From Nemertoderma westbladi (Eukaryota; Animalia; Xenacoelomorpha): 64,000 nt of DNA. Where the stretch lies: positions 28,720 through 92,719 of the forward strand of contig JAUCBJ010008852.1 of the NCBI GenBank assembly GCA_032718475.1, read 5' to 3'. Position 1 is the first letter of the stretch. The number at the start of each line of letters is the position of its first letter. Below the pieces are notes generated by a model. That model made no database searches, had not been told where the DNA came from, and saw only the letters and a list, made by a program, of their open reading frames with translations. Both the position numbers and the translations under genes were made by a program. Positions 49,401 through 62,448 of this stretch are shown piece after piece.

Positions 49401-52400
49401 ATAGAAGGCATGTTCTTACAAGTCAAGGTGTTAGATAGGGATCGAGATAGTCTACGATTTCTGTGGTGGCCCGAAGGAGACCTCAACCAGAAACCGGTGG
49501 AGTACTGGATGACCATCCAGGCCTTTGGGATAATCTCAAGCCCTTCCAACGCCTGTTCGGTAGTGCGTACCACTGCAGAAGACAACCGAGAGGCCTTCTC
49601 TAAGGAAGTGATCGACAACATCAAGAGAGACATATACATGGACGACAATCTGAAGTCCCTTCCATCAGTTGAGGAAGCCATTGAGGTCGCTAAAGGAACG
49701 GTAGAGTGCTTAAAAAGAGGTGGGTTTCGATTAACAAAATTCACCAGCAACTCCCGTGAGTTTCTGGAGTCGATCCCTGCGGAAGATCGAGGGGCGAAAG
49801 ATCTAGATTTGATCAAAGATGATCTGCCAGAAACCAAGACACTCGGCTTGAAATGGGACACAGAGCGAGATATTCTGTTTTTCCAGCTAAAACAGCGAGA
49901 TAATCCAGTTCGAACCAAACGGATTTGCTTAAGTATACTGAGCACTTATTTCGATCCATTGGGATTTATTAGCCCAGTTATATTGATTGCTCGTAGTTTG
50001 GTACAACAAATGTGGCTTGAAAACCACTCATGGGACGATCCGCTTAAGGGAGAATTATTGAAGAAGTGGATGGAATGGGAAGATTCTCTGCCGGCTATCG
50101 AGGATTTTATAATTTCCCGTTCATATTTTGGTCATGTTCTCCCTACGTATTCCTATCAACTCCATGTGTTTGGAGACGCCAGCGATATGGGAATAGGTAT
50201 AGTAGCCTACCTAAGAGTGGAAACTCCGGATGGAATCAAAGTCGCCTTGGTTACTTCTAAGGCATTAATCAACAACAAGTTGAAAGTTCCTCGAGCGGAG
50301 TTAAAAGCGGCTCTATACGCTACAGCCATCGGCCGGAATGTAACAGAACAGATTGACTATCCATTAGAGAAAACGGTCTATTGGACCGACGCTTTACTCG
50401 TGTTAGAGTATATAACCAATGAAGTCTGTCAGTTCAGCATCTTCGTTACCAACAGGGTAGCCATCATACTTAGTCGCACGACGATGGACCAATGGAGACA
50501 TTGCCCCGGAACGATTAATCCAGCAGACATCGCTTCCCGAGGAGCGACTCCAAAGGAATTGGTAAATACTCCCGAATGGTTAGGAGGACCCGACTTTCTC
50601 TACAGAGAAGAAGAAGAATGGCCTCCCCATCTCACAACAGCAGAGATCAGACAGGCCAAGGGAGCAGAGAAAGTTAAACCCAAAACTCGAGCGAGTAAAT
50701 CGAAGTTGTTTAAACCTGCGGTTGATCTATCTGTATTATTTACTTCCGGAGATGATGCTTTGGATCAGAAACCCACCGCCACGACTAAAGAAGTCTTGGA
50801 AATCCGTGACAAGGATTGGAAATCTGGAATACCAGATATCGCACAAGGACTCTCACCCCTCTTGCAGAGAGCGATACGTCACTACAGTTCCTGGAATCGG
50901 CTCTGTAAAGCTGTCACCTATTTAAAACGATGTTTTCATCATCGTTACTCCGGGACAAAGACCCATAGTGATGATGCTCCATCAACATCTGCACGAGTCC
51001 ATGTTGTTAAAGACCTTCCCCAATACAAGATATCCGACAGGTTTCTAAAGGAGAAGATCAGTTACCAGGAGCATGATGAAACCAACAAACAGATGCTGAG
51101 ACTTCTACAATGTTATGAGGATTCCGATAAGTATTTCCTGTTGTTAAGAAATCCACAGATGCGCTTAAGGGATCGCTTCTCTAGTACCATGATAGATGGG
51201 TTAATACGTGTTGGAGGCAGGCTGACCAACGCCCCATTATCCTTTGACACTAAGTTTCCCATCCTCATTAGAAATCTTGACATACAAATCAAGATAATTG
51301 TAGATGTTCATAGCAAACTGTACCATGCTGGTAGAGAACGAGTTCTGAGCGAAATTCGCACTCGCTACTATTTTTATAAACCCCGTAGGGCTCTGAACCA
51401 AGTTCTTAGGAACTGCATACCCTGTAGGAAAGCATTCAGTAGGCCTTTAACACAGCGATAGGCAGAATTACCTAGGGAAAGAGTAAGCTTCTATGAACCA
51501 CCCTTTACTAATACCGGTATGGATTTATTTGGCCCTATTGAAGTATATCGTGCCCGGACTATAGTCAAGAGATGGTGTGTCATCTTCGTTTGTATGACTT
51601 GTAGAGCTATCCATCTCGATATGGTAAACGATCTATCCACCAACAGCTTCGTGTTGAGTTTACGACGACAGATCGCTCGTTTCGGAACCAGTAACACGAT
51701 GAGATCGGATAAGGGAACGAACTTCATTGGCGCCAACAACGAAATTCAAGCTTACGTAAAGGACTGGAACAAAAGACAGGTGGACGTTCAGCTAAAGATA
51801 ACAGCGTCTAGCTGGACCTTCAACGCCGCCGACGCCCCTTGGTGGGGAGGAAGTTGGGAGAGATTGATTAGGAGCGTGAAGACTGCGTTCCACTTTATTG
51901 TGCCTTGTCGCGCTTATCTCACCGACGAACTATTGCGGACGTTAATGGAGGAAATCGCCGCCTATCTCAACGAAAGACCGCTTATGCCAGTCTCTTCAAG
52001 TCCTGATTCCCTGGAAGCGCTAACACCCGCACACTTTCTACTGAAGAAACCCGTAGCCATGCTCCCACGATCGGAGATCACAGACGGAGACGAGTACTGC
52101 CGTCGAACCTGGCAACTTATGCAGTTGCTATCCCGTCGTTTCGCTGACCATTTCGAGAAACATTACCTGCCCACTCTACAACTTCGAACTAAGTGGTTTG
52201 CGCAGCAAGAAAACGTCAGCGCTGGAGACATGGTGCTTATTGTGGACCCCGATCTCCCACGTAAGCGATGGCAAACAGGACGTATCATCGAGACTCATAT
52301 CTCGAGCGATGGTTTGGTGCGATCAGTAGAGCTCGTCGTCATGCGTCGTAACTTTAAGAAACCAGGGATAGTCTTTGAGACTCAACAGCTCAATCGCCCA

Positions 52401-52520
52401 GTGGGTCGTTTATGTTTACTGGAAAGAGACAGAGAGCTCTCCGGAAACTATGGAAGGCAAGAAACTCTTCCCACGACCACTTCCCTAATCCAACCGACAT
52501 CTAGGGACTCCCCAACTTAA
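46410..52520 (+). CDS. Bel/Pao Gag-PR-RT-RNaseH-IN polyprotein with an in-frame TAG at 51459-51461
   Basis: Gag KFNGD..W..F; three zinc knuckles (CALCDGTHRLNMC, CYNCLRQGHQRRTC, CAKCGAKHHILLH); protease LLDSGS; RT YMDD; RNaseH LHVFGDAS; integrase HHCC, DLFGP, SDKGTNF and GGSWERL. ORF 51519-52520 is in the same frame as 46356-51461. Confidence 0.95.
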
Positions 52521-55500
52521 TATCGTTCGGAGTGGGCGTGTGACTCTATTATTTTATATTATTTTATTATTTTTATATTTATGTATGTATTACTATGTAA
52601 TTTTATTATAATCGTTTTATTTAATTTAGTAGAATATTATTTAGCGATTATTTTGTAGAATAGTGCAATATATTCGTGTTTATTGCGTACGTAATTACTT
52701 ATATTATATTTAGTGCGACGGCGAAAAATAATTCTTTTTCTCTTTCCTTACTGTCCGTATTATATTATAAATACGTAACTACAGTAAGATGAAATGTCCG
52801 TACTTATTAAAGTACAATAAAGCCACTACTATATTTAAGTATTATTGGTAGGCAGAGTATTAGGAATGCAAAGTTCAGATCCTCGTGTCTCGGCTAAACC
52901 AAGCTCTGGGTAGACCTTGGAAACGACTTGCCTCTTCACACTGACATTGCTTCGTGCGATATTGCTCTCATACCGTATATTAAATAATACATATAGTAGC
53001 GTGATGTCCCTTTAACAGTAGCGTATAACGCAAAATAAATCTGTTAAACCCTTTAACCATCTGTAATTCTAGTCTATTAAGATATCGCGGCACCCACCGA
53101 TATACTTGAAAGACAAATTCTAGAATCAGTGGTTAACGTCCCCAGACAAGTTCTGGAATAAATCGGTGCCCATCTCAAATATTAATTATTTAATATTTGC
53201 AAATCTAATAAGTCAAAATCTGTAAAATTCAGATCCTTCAACAATTCTAGTCAATTAAGATATCGTAGCATTTACCGATATTCTTAAAAGACAATTGTCA
53301 TAGAATTAAGGATCTTGTGTCCCCAGACATATTCTAGAATCAAAATATGTCCATTTAATTATCAAATAATAAAATTTCAGGGAATAATTTAAATTCATGC
53401 CTTTTAATGAATTTAATAAATTGCCATTTTTACGCAATTTATAACATTCCCAAAATTCCATTAATTAATAGATCAAGGGAGCGGAGATTTATCTTATTAT
53501 GCATATGAGTGTGCGAAAGTCTCCCAAACATAGTCAATAGCCGATAAAATTCATAAAGTCATGTATAAAACAGAACATTGACTATTAAAGAATACTATTA
53601 AATAACATCCCAGATCTGTATGCATTGGAATTACCCTAATTCTACCGCTAGCTTTGCATAATGTCACCATAGCAACAACCACGCTAGAATTAGAATTGAG
53701 TTAAAAGAACAATAGAAAGCTTGTCCCATTGAATAGCATAGGGAATAAATAGCGCACTACTAGTATCCAAGGATACATAATAATACAGTGACATTCTGGA
53801 AGGCATTGACTAACGGACAAATGGCCCGAATGTGCGTAGTTGTGACCAGTTGTGTGGTATTTGTGAGTTTATAGGTGAATGTTACTGCTAAAGTGTGTTT
53901 ACAGTAGCTAGTCGCAATCGTAAAAGTAACCTAACTCTCCAAGGAAAACCTGAAGTACATCTAAGCCTTTGGGACGGACAGTTGAGTGACTTGTGCCGGT
54001 TGTCGTTGTCGTTGTACGGCTATGTCGTTGGCGAAAGTACAGCGGCGACGACACATCGGCGCTGAGGATCTCGTACTGTCCGGGGGTTGATTGGGGTAGG
54101 CAGCGACGCCCGCTCGCCTAAATATAAACTCATTATAATATGGATAAACTCATATATAGCAGATATGACGGAGTTGATAGAAGATGGTCTTGGTATCGGG
54201 GAGCGATATACTCTACTTTTACAAGCGTTTGTTGATAGCTTAATACGCGTCGACGTTAGTCCAACTGCTGCGGAGGACGATGATCGTTATATCGAACCTC
54301 CAATGTCCCAAGAGCAGCTCGCGCGAGTTGGACTATAGAAAATTCGCTGCTCGATATACGCAGCGTAATGGTACGTATATGGGCTTCTTAACTACTGATC
54401 ATCCTATCGATTTACACAATACGGACTATGTCGACTATATATCCTGCCCAGCGGAGTCGGAACCATAAACTGAAATTCGAATGCGAAAATTCTATTCGAA
54501 ATCGGCTCGAAAGAAAAGACATTAAAGAAACAAATAAACGCGGTAACTCCAACATATATTTGGAATTCTTGACAGAAGCATTGTAACAACAAATAAATAT
54601 CATCCGCGTTTCCCCTACCAGACGTGCGTCTTTGGTATTATTACGGTAAATGCCCTAGACCCAGCCAATAGGCGGAGGGACATAAACATCAACGGAAACG
54701 TTGTGTTGAACACGGTTGTGTTCGTTGTATTTGCTGGAGTTTCGAGCAAAACTTGTTTGGCGTATCACCTATGCTCGCTCGGCTCTAGCGGTCCTAGAGT
54801 GAGCCTGCGATCGGAGTCCCGGAATACTCGGTCAAGCCTCCTCATTCCTTAGTTGGACCTCAGACCTGCGATCCTGGTGGTGTCGCGGATCCTCGCGGAC
54901 GGTATTCACTGTTCAAGATCTAGTGCTACCCTAACAATTAATCAGTAACACTCCGACAGTGATTTCTAGCTAGCCGCCCACCTTACCTAGCCGGATTATG
55001 ACGCAGACACCTAATATCACTATCCAACCGTATGGTCGTCCCGTTTAACGCAATACAACCCTTCATCAAGGTGAAGGAGAGCGTTGTACGAAGCGAGTTA
55101 AACGCTATTCTATAAAGATCAAAAAAGAAACCTGCGTTTGTTCAGATAAACGTAAGTTATAACAGTAAGTCCAATCGATAAACGAATTGGCCTTATCTCA
55201 GTTCGATTGGGAAATCTCGAATCTCAAAGAAGATATCAAGCTTAGAAAACCCTATTCTCTGCGAGAGTTTTGGACGAACGTATCCCATGACAAGCGGAGG
55301 AAAATCAGCTCGAGGAGAAGCATATCGAAATGGACGAGACACCGACCGTAAACCCAAACCTTCTAATGCAATCATATTGCACCCTTCACCCAGGAGTTAT
55401 GGCCCTCCTAGTAAAGTGGCTCCCCCCAAAGAGAAAAAGACTCTGGCTAACTTTAAAAAACTGCGTAAACGCCGTCCGCGCAAGAAAGACTAACTGTTTA

Positions 55501-55560
55501 GAGTATTTATGTATATTAGAAATTGTGATTTTGTATATTTTATAGACTTAAATCCCATTT

Positions 55561-55571
55561 TCTGGGAGCGG
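55561..55571 (+). promoter_or_regulatory. Short polypurine tract (TCTGGGAGCGG)
   Basis: G-rich tract directly before the 3' LTR. Confidence 0.6.
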
Positions 55572-56735
55572 TGTAAAAGCTTTTGTGGGATAACTGATTC
55601 GTTTGCCTTGTTAACCAGTTCCCCCCCAGGCGCTGAATACTCTAAAAGGGGATCTATAACTCGAATAGCACAAGCTACCGGCTGATTGGCTGATTCGCTG
55701 TGCGAAGGGATCTGGGCTACGTTTGATTGTCCAACCAGCTTGGGAAAGTATCTGCCAATAGGATTTGAGTTGATTTTGATTTCGACCTATCACAGATCTA
55801 CTGAACTGAATTTCCTATCTGTATGCTCTTTCTCTGTGTTGGGTGGAAGCCTTTGTAAATAAGGTTATTCTTATCAGTTTTCAGTGTTGTTGGTCTTTCT
55901 TTCCTAAGCCAGGAGAGAACGGCTTGTAAATATTTTGTGCTTTTCTGTTTTAGTCCAACACTAGTAGGCTTAATTATAAAGGGCATATATCCGTTATCAA
56001 ACCAACACTTAATATCAAACTAATGAACTTAACACACACGGAATCACTGTGCATACTTTTATATTGTTATACTGCTATTTACTGTCAGTTCTTCATAATA
56101 ATGGTTGATGAATTATTATATTTGGAATAACGATAAATAACCCCGAAACCCAATATTCTTGATATACCGAAGGTAAGAGAGAAAGGTTACATATAACGAT
56201 TGTGACTTATGTTAAAGTGGTTTGAAGTGAATCTAATGTTATTTGATAGACCCTACATGAGTCAGTCCGTGTTCCTTTTATATATAACTAAAATCAGTGA
56301 AGATCGGCAGATCAGTGTGCAGTATTGTGCAGCATTGTGTATGAGTGAGCCTGATAACGAAGCATTTCCTAAAGAATGCGCCATATATGTGAATTATAAC
56401 TAAGCCATATCGTTGTGAGTAGTTTAAGTCATAACTCTGTTTATATAGATAGAGCGCCACGTCCTAAAGGAACTGTTAATATTTCCCGAAGGTGAATAAT
56501 ATTGTCAGAGATTATATAATACTGTCAGTCGAATAATACATTAGGCTTACATAGCAATAAAATTAAGCCGTCGAACCCAATCTCCCGGGTATATCCAGCG
56601 GGTGAATGATCGCGCACAGATTGGTTTCGACTAGTGTAGTGAATTAAATACTTGTCATAGACTAAATGTGATTTATTATCTAGAAGACATCCTAATTTGG
56701 CGGGTTAAACTGCCAAAGGTCTAAAAGCGCGAACA
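55572..56735 (+). repeat. 3' LTR (1164 bp)
   Basis: Near-identical copy of 39441-40603, followed by the TSD GAGCT. Confidence 0.97.
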
Positions 56736-58047
56736 GAGCTGTATTGAATGTTAACCAATTTAATATATAAATTACTACAATATTATATAATTCAACAAAA
56801 TCATATTAAAAATATTGCAAGTAACCAGGAAATTTAATATGTAGTGTGTATAATATCTATATAGTATGTATAGTAGTAATATGTATATCAATATGTAATG
56901 CTGAACACAGAATACAGGTCGACGCATGTCGATTTTACCCTGGAGAAGTATAATTTTGATTGCAACAATAATATTCATCCCCATCTGCTACAATTTGAAG
57001 AAGACTATTACATAATAATACCTATAATTAGAACAATTAATTATTATAATTCTATAGTTAATAAAAACAGTATATCATTCGGGGGATGGAATTTATAGGT
57101 CATCTAATTAATTGTTTAAAGATTAGCAAACAATACAATGTAATTGCATTGATAAAACCCATAAATAAAACTTGGATATAAAATGTAAAATCGGGATGCA
57201 AAAGATAACTTACTGAGCTACGAAAGGAAAAAGGGGGGGTCGCCGTGCTCAAAGAGATATACTGCTTTGTAAAGGACAAAAAATATCCTTTGTTAACAAC
57301 TTTATTTACCTTTGTCTGGTGTTAACTACAAAGAATACCCCATCAGGACACTACGAACATCTACACAGACGTGGTATTTCATCATGTAAGCGGTTTGCAG
57401 CATCTGTCGATTTTGCTGCTGTTTCCCTTGAAACAGACAGAAAAAACTGTGGATGTTTGTAGTTCAACCAGCCACGGTTTGCCATGTCTTTTCCGACTCC
57501 CCACGTGAACAACTGCAGACAAAACTCCCACACGTTGTTAAAGTACGGGACTTCTTTTTCAAAGTACTGAGGGGAATCAGCAAAACTATACGGGTCTACT
57601 ATATTGCGAACAGTTGATTTTCCATGTAGTTCCACATTTAACCTTAAGGGGGGGGGGGGGGGGGGGGGGGGTACACCATTTTGGTACCCCCCCCTTAACG
57701 CCATTTCGAACGCCTACCACCACAAATTTTGCAATGACCAGAAATTCTGGCGGCCTCAGCCTAAATGCAGCTGCCGCTTTTGTGAGCGTGCAACAGTGGA
57801 CTATGACTACGCAATGAGGTGCCATGTCCGACTTAGTAAACTGCCTTTTATTATTTTAACAATTAATTTGTGTTATTTATATATTTTACTTAGCAAATTT
57901 TAAATTATATGTTTTTATCACGCTACACATGGAGTAATTTTACCTCAAATACTGTAGAAAAAAAATGGAAAAACATGGACTTTGCAAATAAATACAAAAT
58001 AATAATTATTATTTTAATTAATTATAATTATAATAAAACTTGAATTA

Positions 58048-58679
58048 TTAAATTGTGTTAGTTAATTTGAGAGTAAATAAAATTATAACAAAAGAAGTAA
58101 ATATTGAAAACAGAATACCCCAAAGCCTTTCGCAGACTATGGCGGCCTGTTTCCACTCCAATGATATCATTTCTTGGTGTTCCCTCTCTGCAAAATATCC
58201 TCCTATCTTCCTCGTCAGATCTTCTAGTTCCGTGGCGAGTTTCCTCAGATCCCGGCGGATTAAACCCGCCGATTGCGCCGAGGAATCCCTCGAGTTTATC
58301 CCGTCGAGGAACTCGGCAACGTGGTTCCCGTTCGCAGAAGTGTTCCGCCTCGGAGCCCGATGGTACCGTTTCGCCTCGGTCCACGTCAGCGCGTCCTCCG
58401 CCGTCGTGTCGTTCAGCGCGATCCGTTCCCCTAACGATTCGCGACGCAACGACGAACATCGACTCGATAAGTTGGACCGTCGCCGGGTCACGCTGGCGGT
58501 TCGCGAGATCCGGTAGTTGCTTGTGATTCCGCCGACGAGTTTAGGAAGAGCTTTCAGGAAGAGGAATCTCATCCAGTCTGGTATCGGACGTCGGACGCCG
58601 CCGTGATGGACGTAGAGAATAAAAACAGTCAACATTACTGACATCATTACTAGGGATAAGTTGGCGATAAAGTAGTAAC
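58048..58679 (-). CDS. Last exon of nicotinic acetylcholine receptor-like (Cys-loop) subunit: M3, intracellular loop, M4
   Basis: GYYFIANLSLVMMSVMLTVFILYVHH...PDWMRFLFL...EWKQAAIVCERL; tttcctAG acceptor, phase 1. Confidence 0.93.
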
Positions 58680-60579
58680 CTAGGAAACAAAACAAAAATA
58701 CGTTAATGTTTAATGTTTAATGTAAATAGGACGTGAGGAAGCAAATGCTTTTAAAGCCCGTACACACAATAAATAAAATTAACGGAGACATATGTAAAAT
58801 ATATATATGAAATTGAACTGTACACATAAATAAAATATTGACTGGGTTAAAACACAGGGTTTTAGGTAAAACTGAACGTAATCGGGACCGCACAAAGTAG
58901 TATGATAATAGGCTGGGAAAAAAAGCGTTAGTTCAAATTAGTATTAAAATTTTTATTAAAATTCCCGGTCAGGATAGTCCATCGGCATGTATATAAGTTT
59001 ATAAATTAATCTCAATACCGGGTCCGGGTGTATCAGCTTCATCAGGCCAAATTACAAAATTATAATATGGTATAGTTGCTAATAGTTGCTGGTAATTAAG
59101 GTAGTTGCTATATTATATAAACTCTGTATACAGAGTATTACATTACCATGCGTTTTTGATATACCATGGAATATTAAATAAACAGTAAAATATATGTGTA
59201 ATATATTTATAATAGATATATTTGGTATTCAATTGATAAACCTTCAAAAGACAAGGAGGAGTCATGAGGGGAAATTGGCTATGACCGGAAGACATTTCAT
59301 ATGGTGGATAATTTTGATGATTATGTGAAAGTAACAGAACTCAGTAGGCCTACAACTGTACATCAGCATGACAGAGACAGAACCACAATATTATACATTA
59401 ATATTTAGAACAGGACCGGCCATGCTGATATACAAACTTATGTGTTTCTTATTACATTAATTACTAAATTTAATTAGAAACAAATCAATCGTTTTCTTTT
59501 TCACATTGGTCGGTTGAACTGTCTGTCTGTCTGACTGCAGCCTCACTTAATATATATCTGACAAGTTTCAGCTGAAAATGTTTAAATTATAGAAATAGAA
59601 GGACGATTAGACATTACGACCTCTAGCGGGACAATGTTGAGATGATTTCTTAGGGTCTGGGAAAATGAAACAAACTTATTCGCCCACCCCATGCACTTAA
59701 CACTATTTACTATAGGCTTATTGCCTCCCTACTGTGTAGCTTGCCCAACAAATTTAATAAAATATTTGTGTTCCATTTTTTAGTTACTACATAATAATTT
59801 CACTTCTATAAATTCACATTAAAAAATTGCTCAAATTAATTATTTTAAAAAATATATATATACAGTATATTATTATAAGACTAAAATCTGATCCATTTCA
59901 GAAATATTCAATAAATATTAATAATAAGATTCACCTTCAAGGGAAGAAATAAATAGGAAATTACGACAAATTGATGTACTACAATATAAAAACCAAATGT
60001 ATGGCTTGGCTGGGCCGGTCTCTTACTAAGATATATTAATAGGTATACTGAATGTACTGTTACTTCATACAATAATTATCATCCAACATTATTCAAATTC
60101 ATTATTGAAGCAACATGTATGATGCTCTTGCATATGAGGCGACAGATACTGTAGACCAAGGCGAGGAATATACTGTACTGCCTTTAAAGAAGCAGTTAAA
60201 GCAGCAGTACTGTAAACCCTTAAAGCAGAAAAAGGCACCCCGGACAGACCATAGAATTCGGAAGTGCAGAAACGATCTCACAAAGGCAAAGAAAGACTCA
60301 CGTCTCAAACAGAACACACAGCAGCAAATAACGCAGTTAAATATACTTTGGGACTCTTACATTTTGCCGTGTTATTATACAGTAGCAAGTTTTTGATATA
60401 ATAAATTAATACTTTTAATCATTCTTAACAAAATAACATAATTATAGTATAAATTTTAATTTTGTTTTCTATAAAAATTTTGTTCTAGAACAAATATATT
60501 TACATCTAAATATAAATATTTTACATAAATTACATCTAAATATAATTGTTTACTTCTACATCATCACTGAAAAAGATGA

Positions 60580-61912
60580 TAATCTGATGTCAAGCATGGG
60601 AGTAGATGGTGTCCCCCTGGGGTCTTAAGATTCCGAGTATTAGGGACTTATTCACACCATCATAATAGACATGTACCGAACAACAAGAGTCCCACAAGAA
60701 ATGAAAGCAAATAAGTTGGTGCCAGTTCCCAAGATGGGCAACATAACCCTCAATGGACCTTATCGTGGAAACTCGATTGCTGCTAAGCTATACAATATAA
60801 TTAAATCGCATCAGGATCCCATTGAGAGACTGCTACGTGGAAATCAGAATGGGTTCCGTAAAGGTCGATTTGGCACTTAGAAAGATAATTCATGAGTTAT
60901 CAGAATTGATGAGTTATTTATCCAGCGAGACAGGGCTGGAGACTGGACACAAATCCCGCCTCAATGTTAAATTCTCAATTTAGGGAAAGGGGCAGATTAC
61001 TGTGGCACGTTATTTCAACCAAAACAATAAACTAAACACAACAGAACAGGTTACAGTTTTATTTCTGAGAGTATTCAGCAGTAATTTTCTTCGAATTTCC
61101 CCTGGAGAGGGATGAATAATTATTGTGTCCAGTTTCTAGCCCTATCTGGAAAATTGACGCTAATAACAGCTGATTACTCCCAATATTAAAACTGTTAGAA
61201 TAATGTGCCACTGTAACCTGCTCCTTTCCTTTAATTGAGATTTAATGTAATACAGTAGTATGAATTTATGATGAGTTAAGTTACTTATTTATATAAGTTG
61301 AATCATCGTTGGGTTTATTAGATAATGCAGCAACAGGAAGTGTAGTCCTATGAATAATTTAGTGTGGATTCACAAACAGGTAGGGTAAACACTGAATCTC
61401 TTGGGTTCTCAGTATTCATTTAAAAACGCAATAGGAAAGTAAATTCACAGAATGTAAACCGAACGGTTTTACGGTAAAAACGAAATGAATGTGTAAGCTT
61501 AGTAAACAACAATTGGTTACTCTTGTGTAACACAATTCCTGCAAAATTACTTATTATTGCTGCAAAGCAATACAATATAATTATATCGCATCAGGGATCC
61601 CATTGAGAGACTGCTACGTGAATTAGAATGGGTTCCGTAAAGGTCGTTTTGGCCCTTAGAAGGATCGTTTATGATTCATCAAAATTGATGAGTTATCCTG
61701 CCAAGTACCTAACTGATCTAGAACTCTCAGAATCACTAAAGGGAGCCCAACATGTAGTCGTAGTGTTGGTCTTATTGTTAACACCAAAACAGTAAACTCT
61801 GAAAGTCCTCAGGAAATGTCTGAACGTTTTATGAACATGTGCTCCAAGGATGGTGTGCTTGAGCATGTGGATGACTTTTGCTTCATGGCGTCATGGATAC
61901 GGAAGTCAGGTA
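60580..61912 (+). mobile_element. Decayed RTE LINE fragments with a duplicated block of about 135 bp and an intervening inverted-repeat element
   Basis: LVPVPKMG, YRG and NQNGFRKGR RT motifs. 60780-60916 resembles 61560-61697, and 61697-61912 resembles 27624-27893. Confidence 0.7.
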
Positions 61913-62116
61913 AATAATAATTAATTATTTACAACAAATACATAATTAACCCATAATAAATAATAAATGTACTTCACTAATATGATATAAAATCTCACAC
62001 TATCTTTAGAATACAGATTTAAATAAACATAGTATTCCAAATACATTTTTCAAAACGAACCCAAGTCAATAATAAATTAATACATAAAGAAGTGCCTCTT
62101 TTGGCTAGTTCCTAAC

Positions 62117-62321
62117 CTATGAGTGGGTAGTGGAGACTTGTGGGTGGCATCATGTCACCTATACTCAGCTGATTTACAGACTGTGCGAATAGAATTGTGA
62201 CACCCAATGTTATTTTTTCTCCACTTTCACTGGGCAATACGAATAGAACAATATTGAGCATAGAAACCAGCATTGAGGGAAGAATCATTTGCATTATGTA
62301 AAAATCTGGCCGTCTTTCTAT
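62117..62321 (-). CDS. Penultimate exon of nAChR-like subunit: M1-M2-linker
   Basis: IERRPDFYIMQMILPSMLVSMLNIVLFVLPSESGEKITLGVTILFAQSVNQLSIGDMMPPTSLHYPLIG; ctctAG acceptor and G|GTTAGG donor; phase 1 matches the last exon. Confidence 0.93.
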
Positions 62322-62448
62322 CTAGAGATAAAATACAAGGAACATTATAATAAAATTATAATAATTATATTTACTAGAATATATTATTAAATAACTAATA
62401 ACTGAATTCTAAAATATGAATGGGAGAATCTTTTAGGCTCGTTAAACC

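Larger units (their letters stand above)
39441..56735 (+). mobile_element. Full-length Bel/Pao LTR retrotransposon, 17295 bp, 5-bp TSD GAGCT
   Basis: TG...CA LTRs at both ends; GAGCT at 39436-39440 and 56736-56740; Bel/Pao gag-pol domain order. Confidence 0.97.

Noticed and set aside
52860-52940. Hammerhead-like fold (CCAAG...CTTGG-AAAC)
   Set aside because: Lacks the CTGATGA catalytic core.
57351-57903. ORFs around the poly-G run as further exons or a transposase
   Set aside because: No Ig, TM, kinase or DDE motif and no convincing splice sites.
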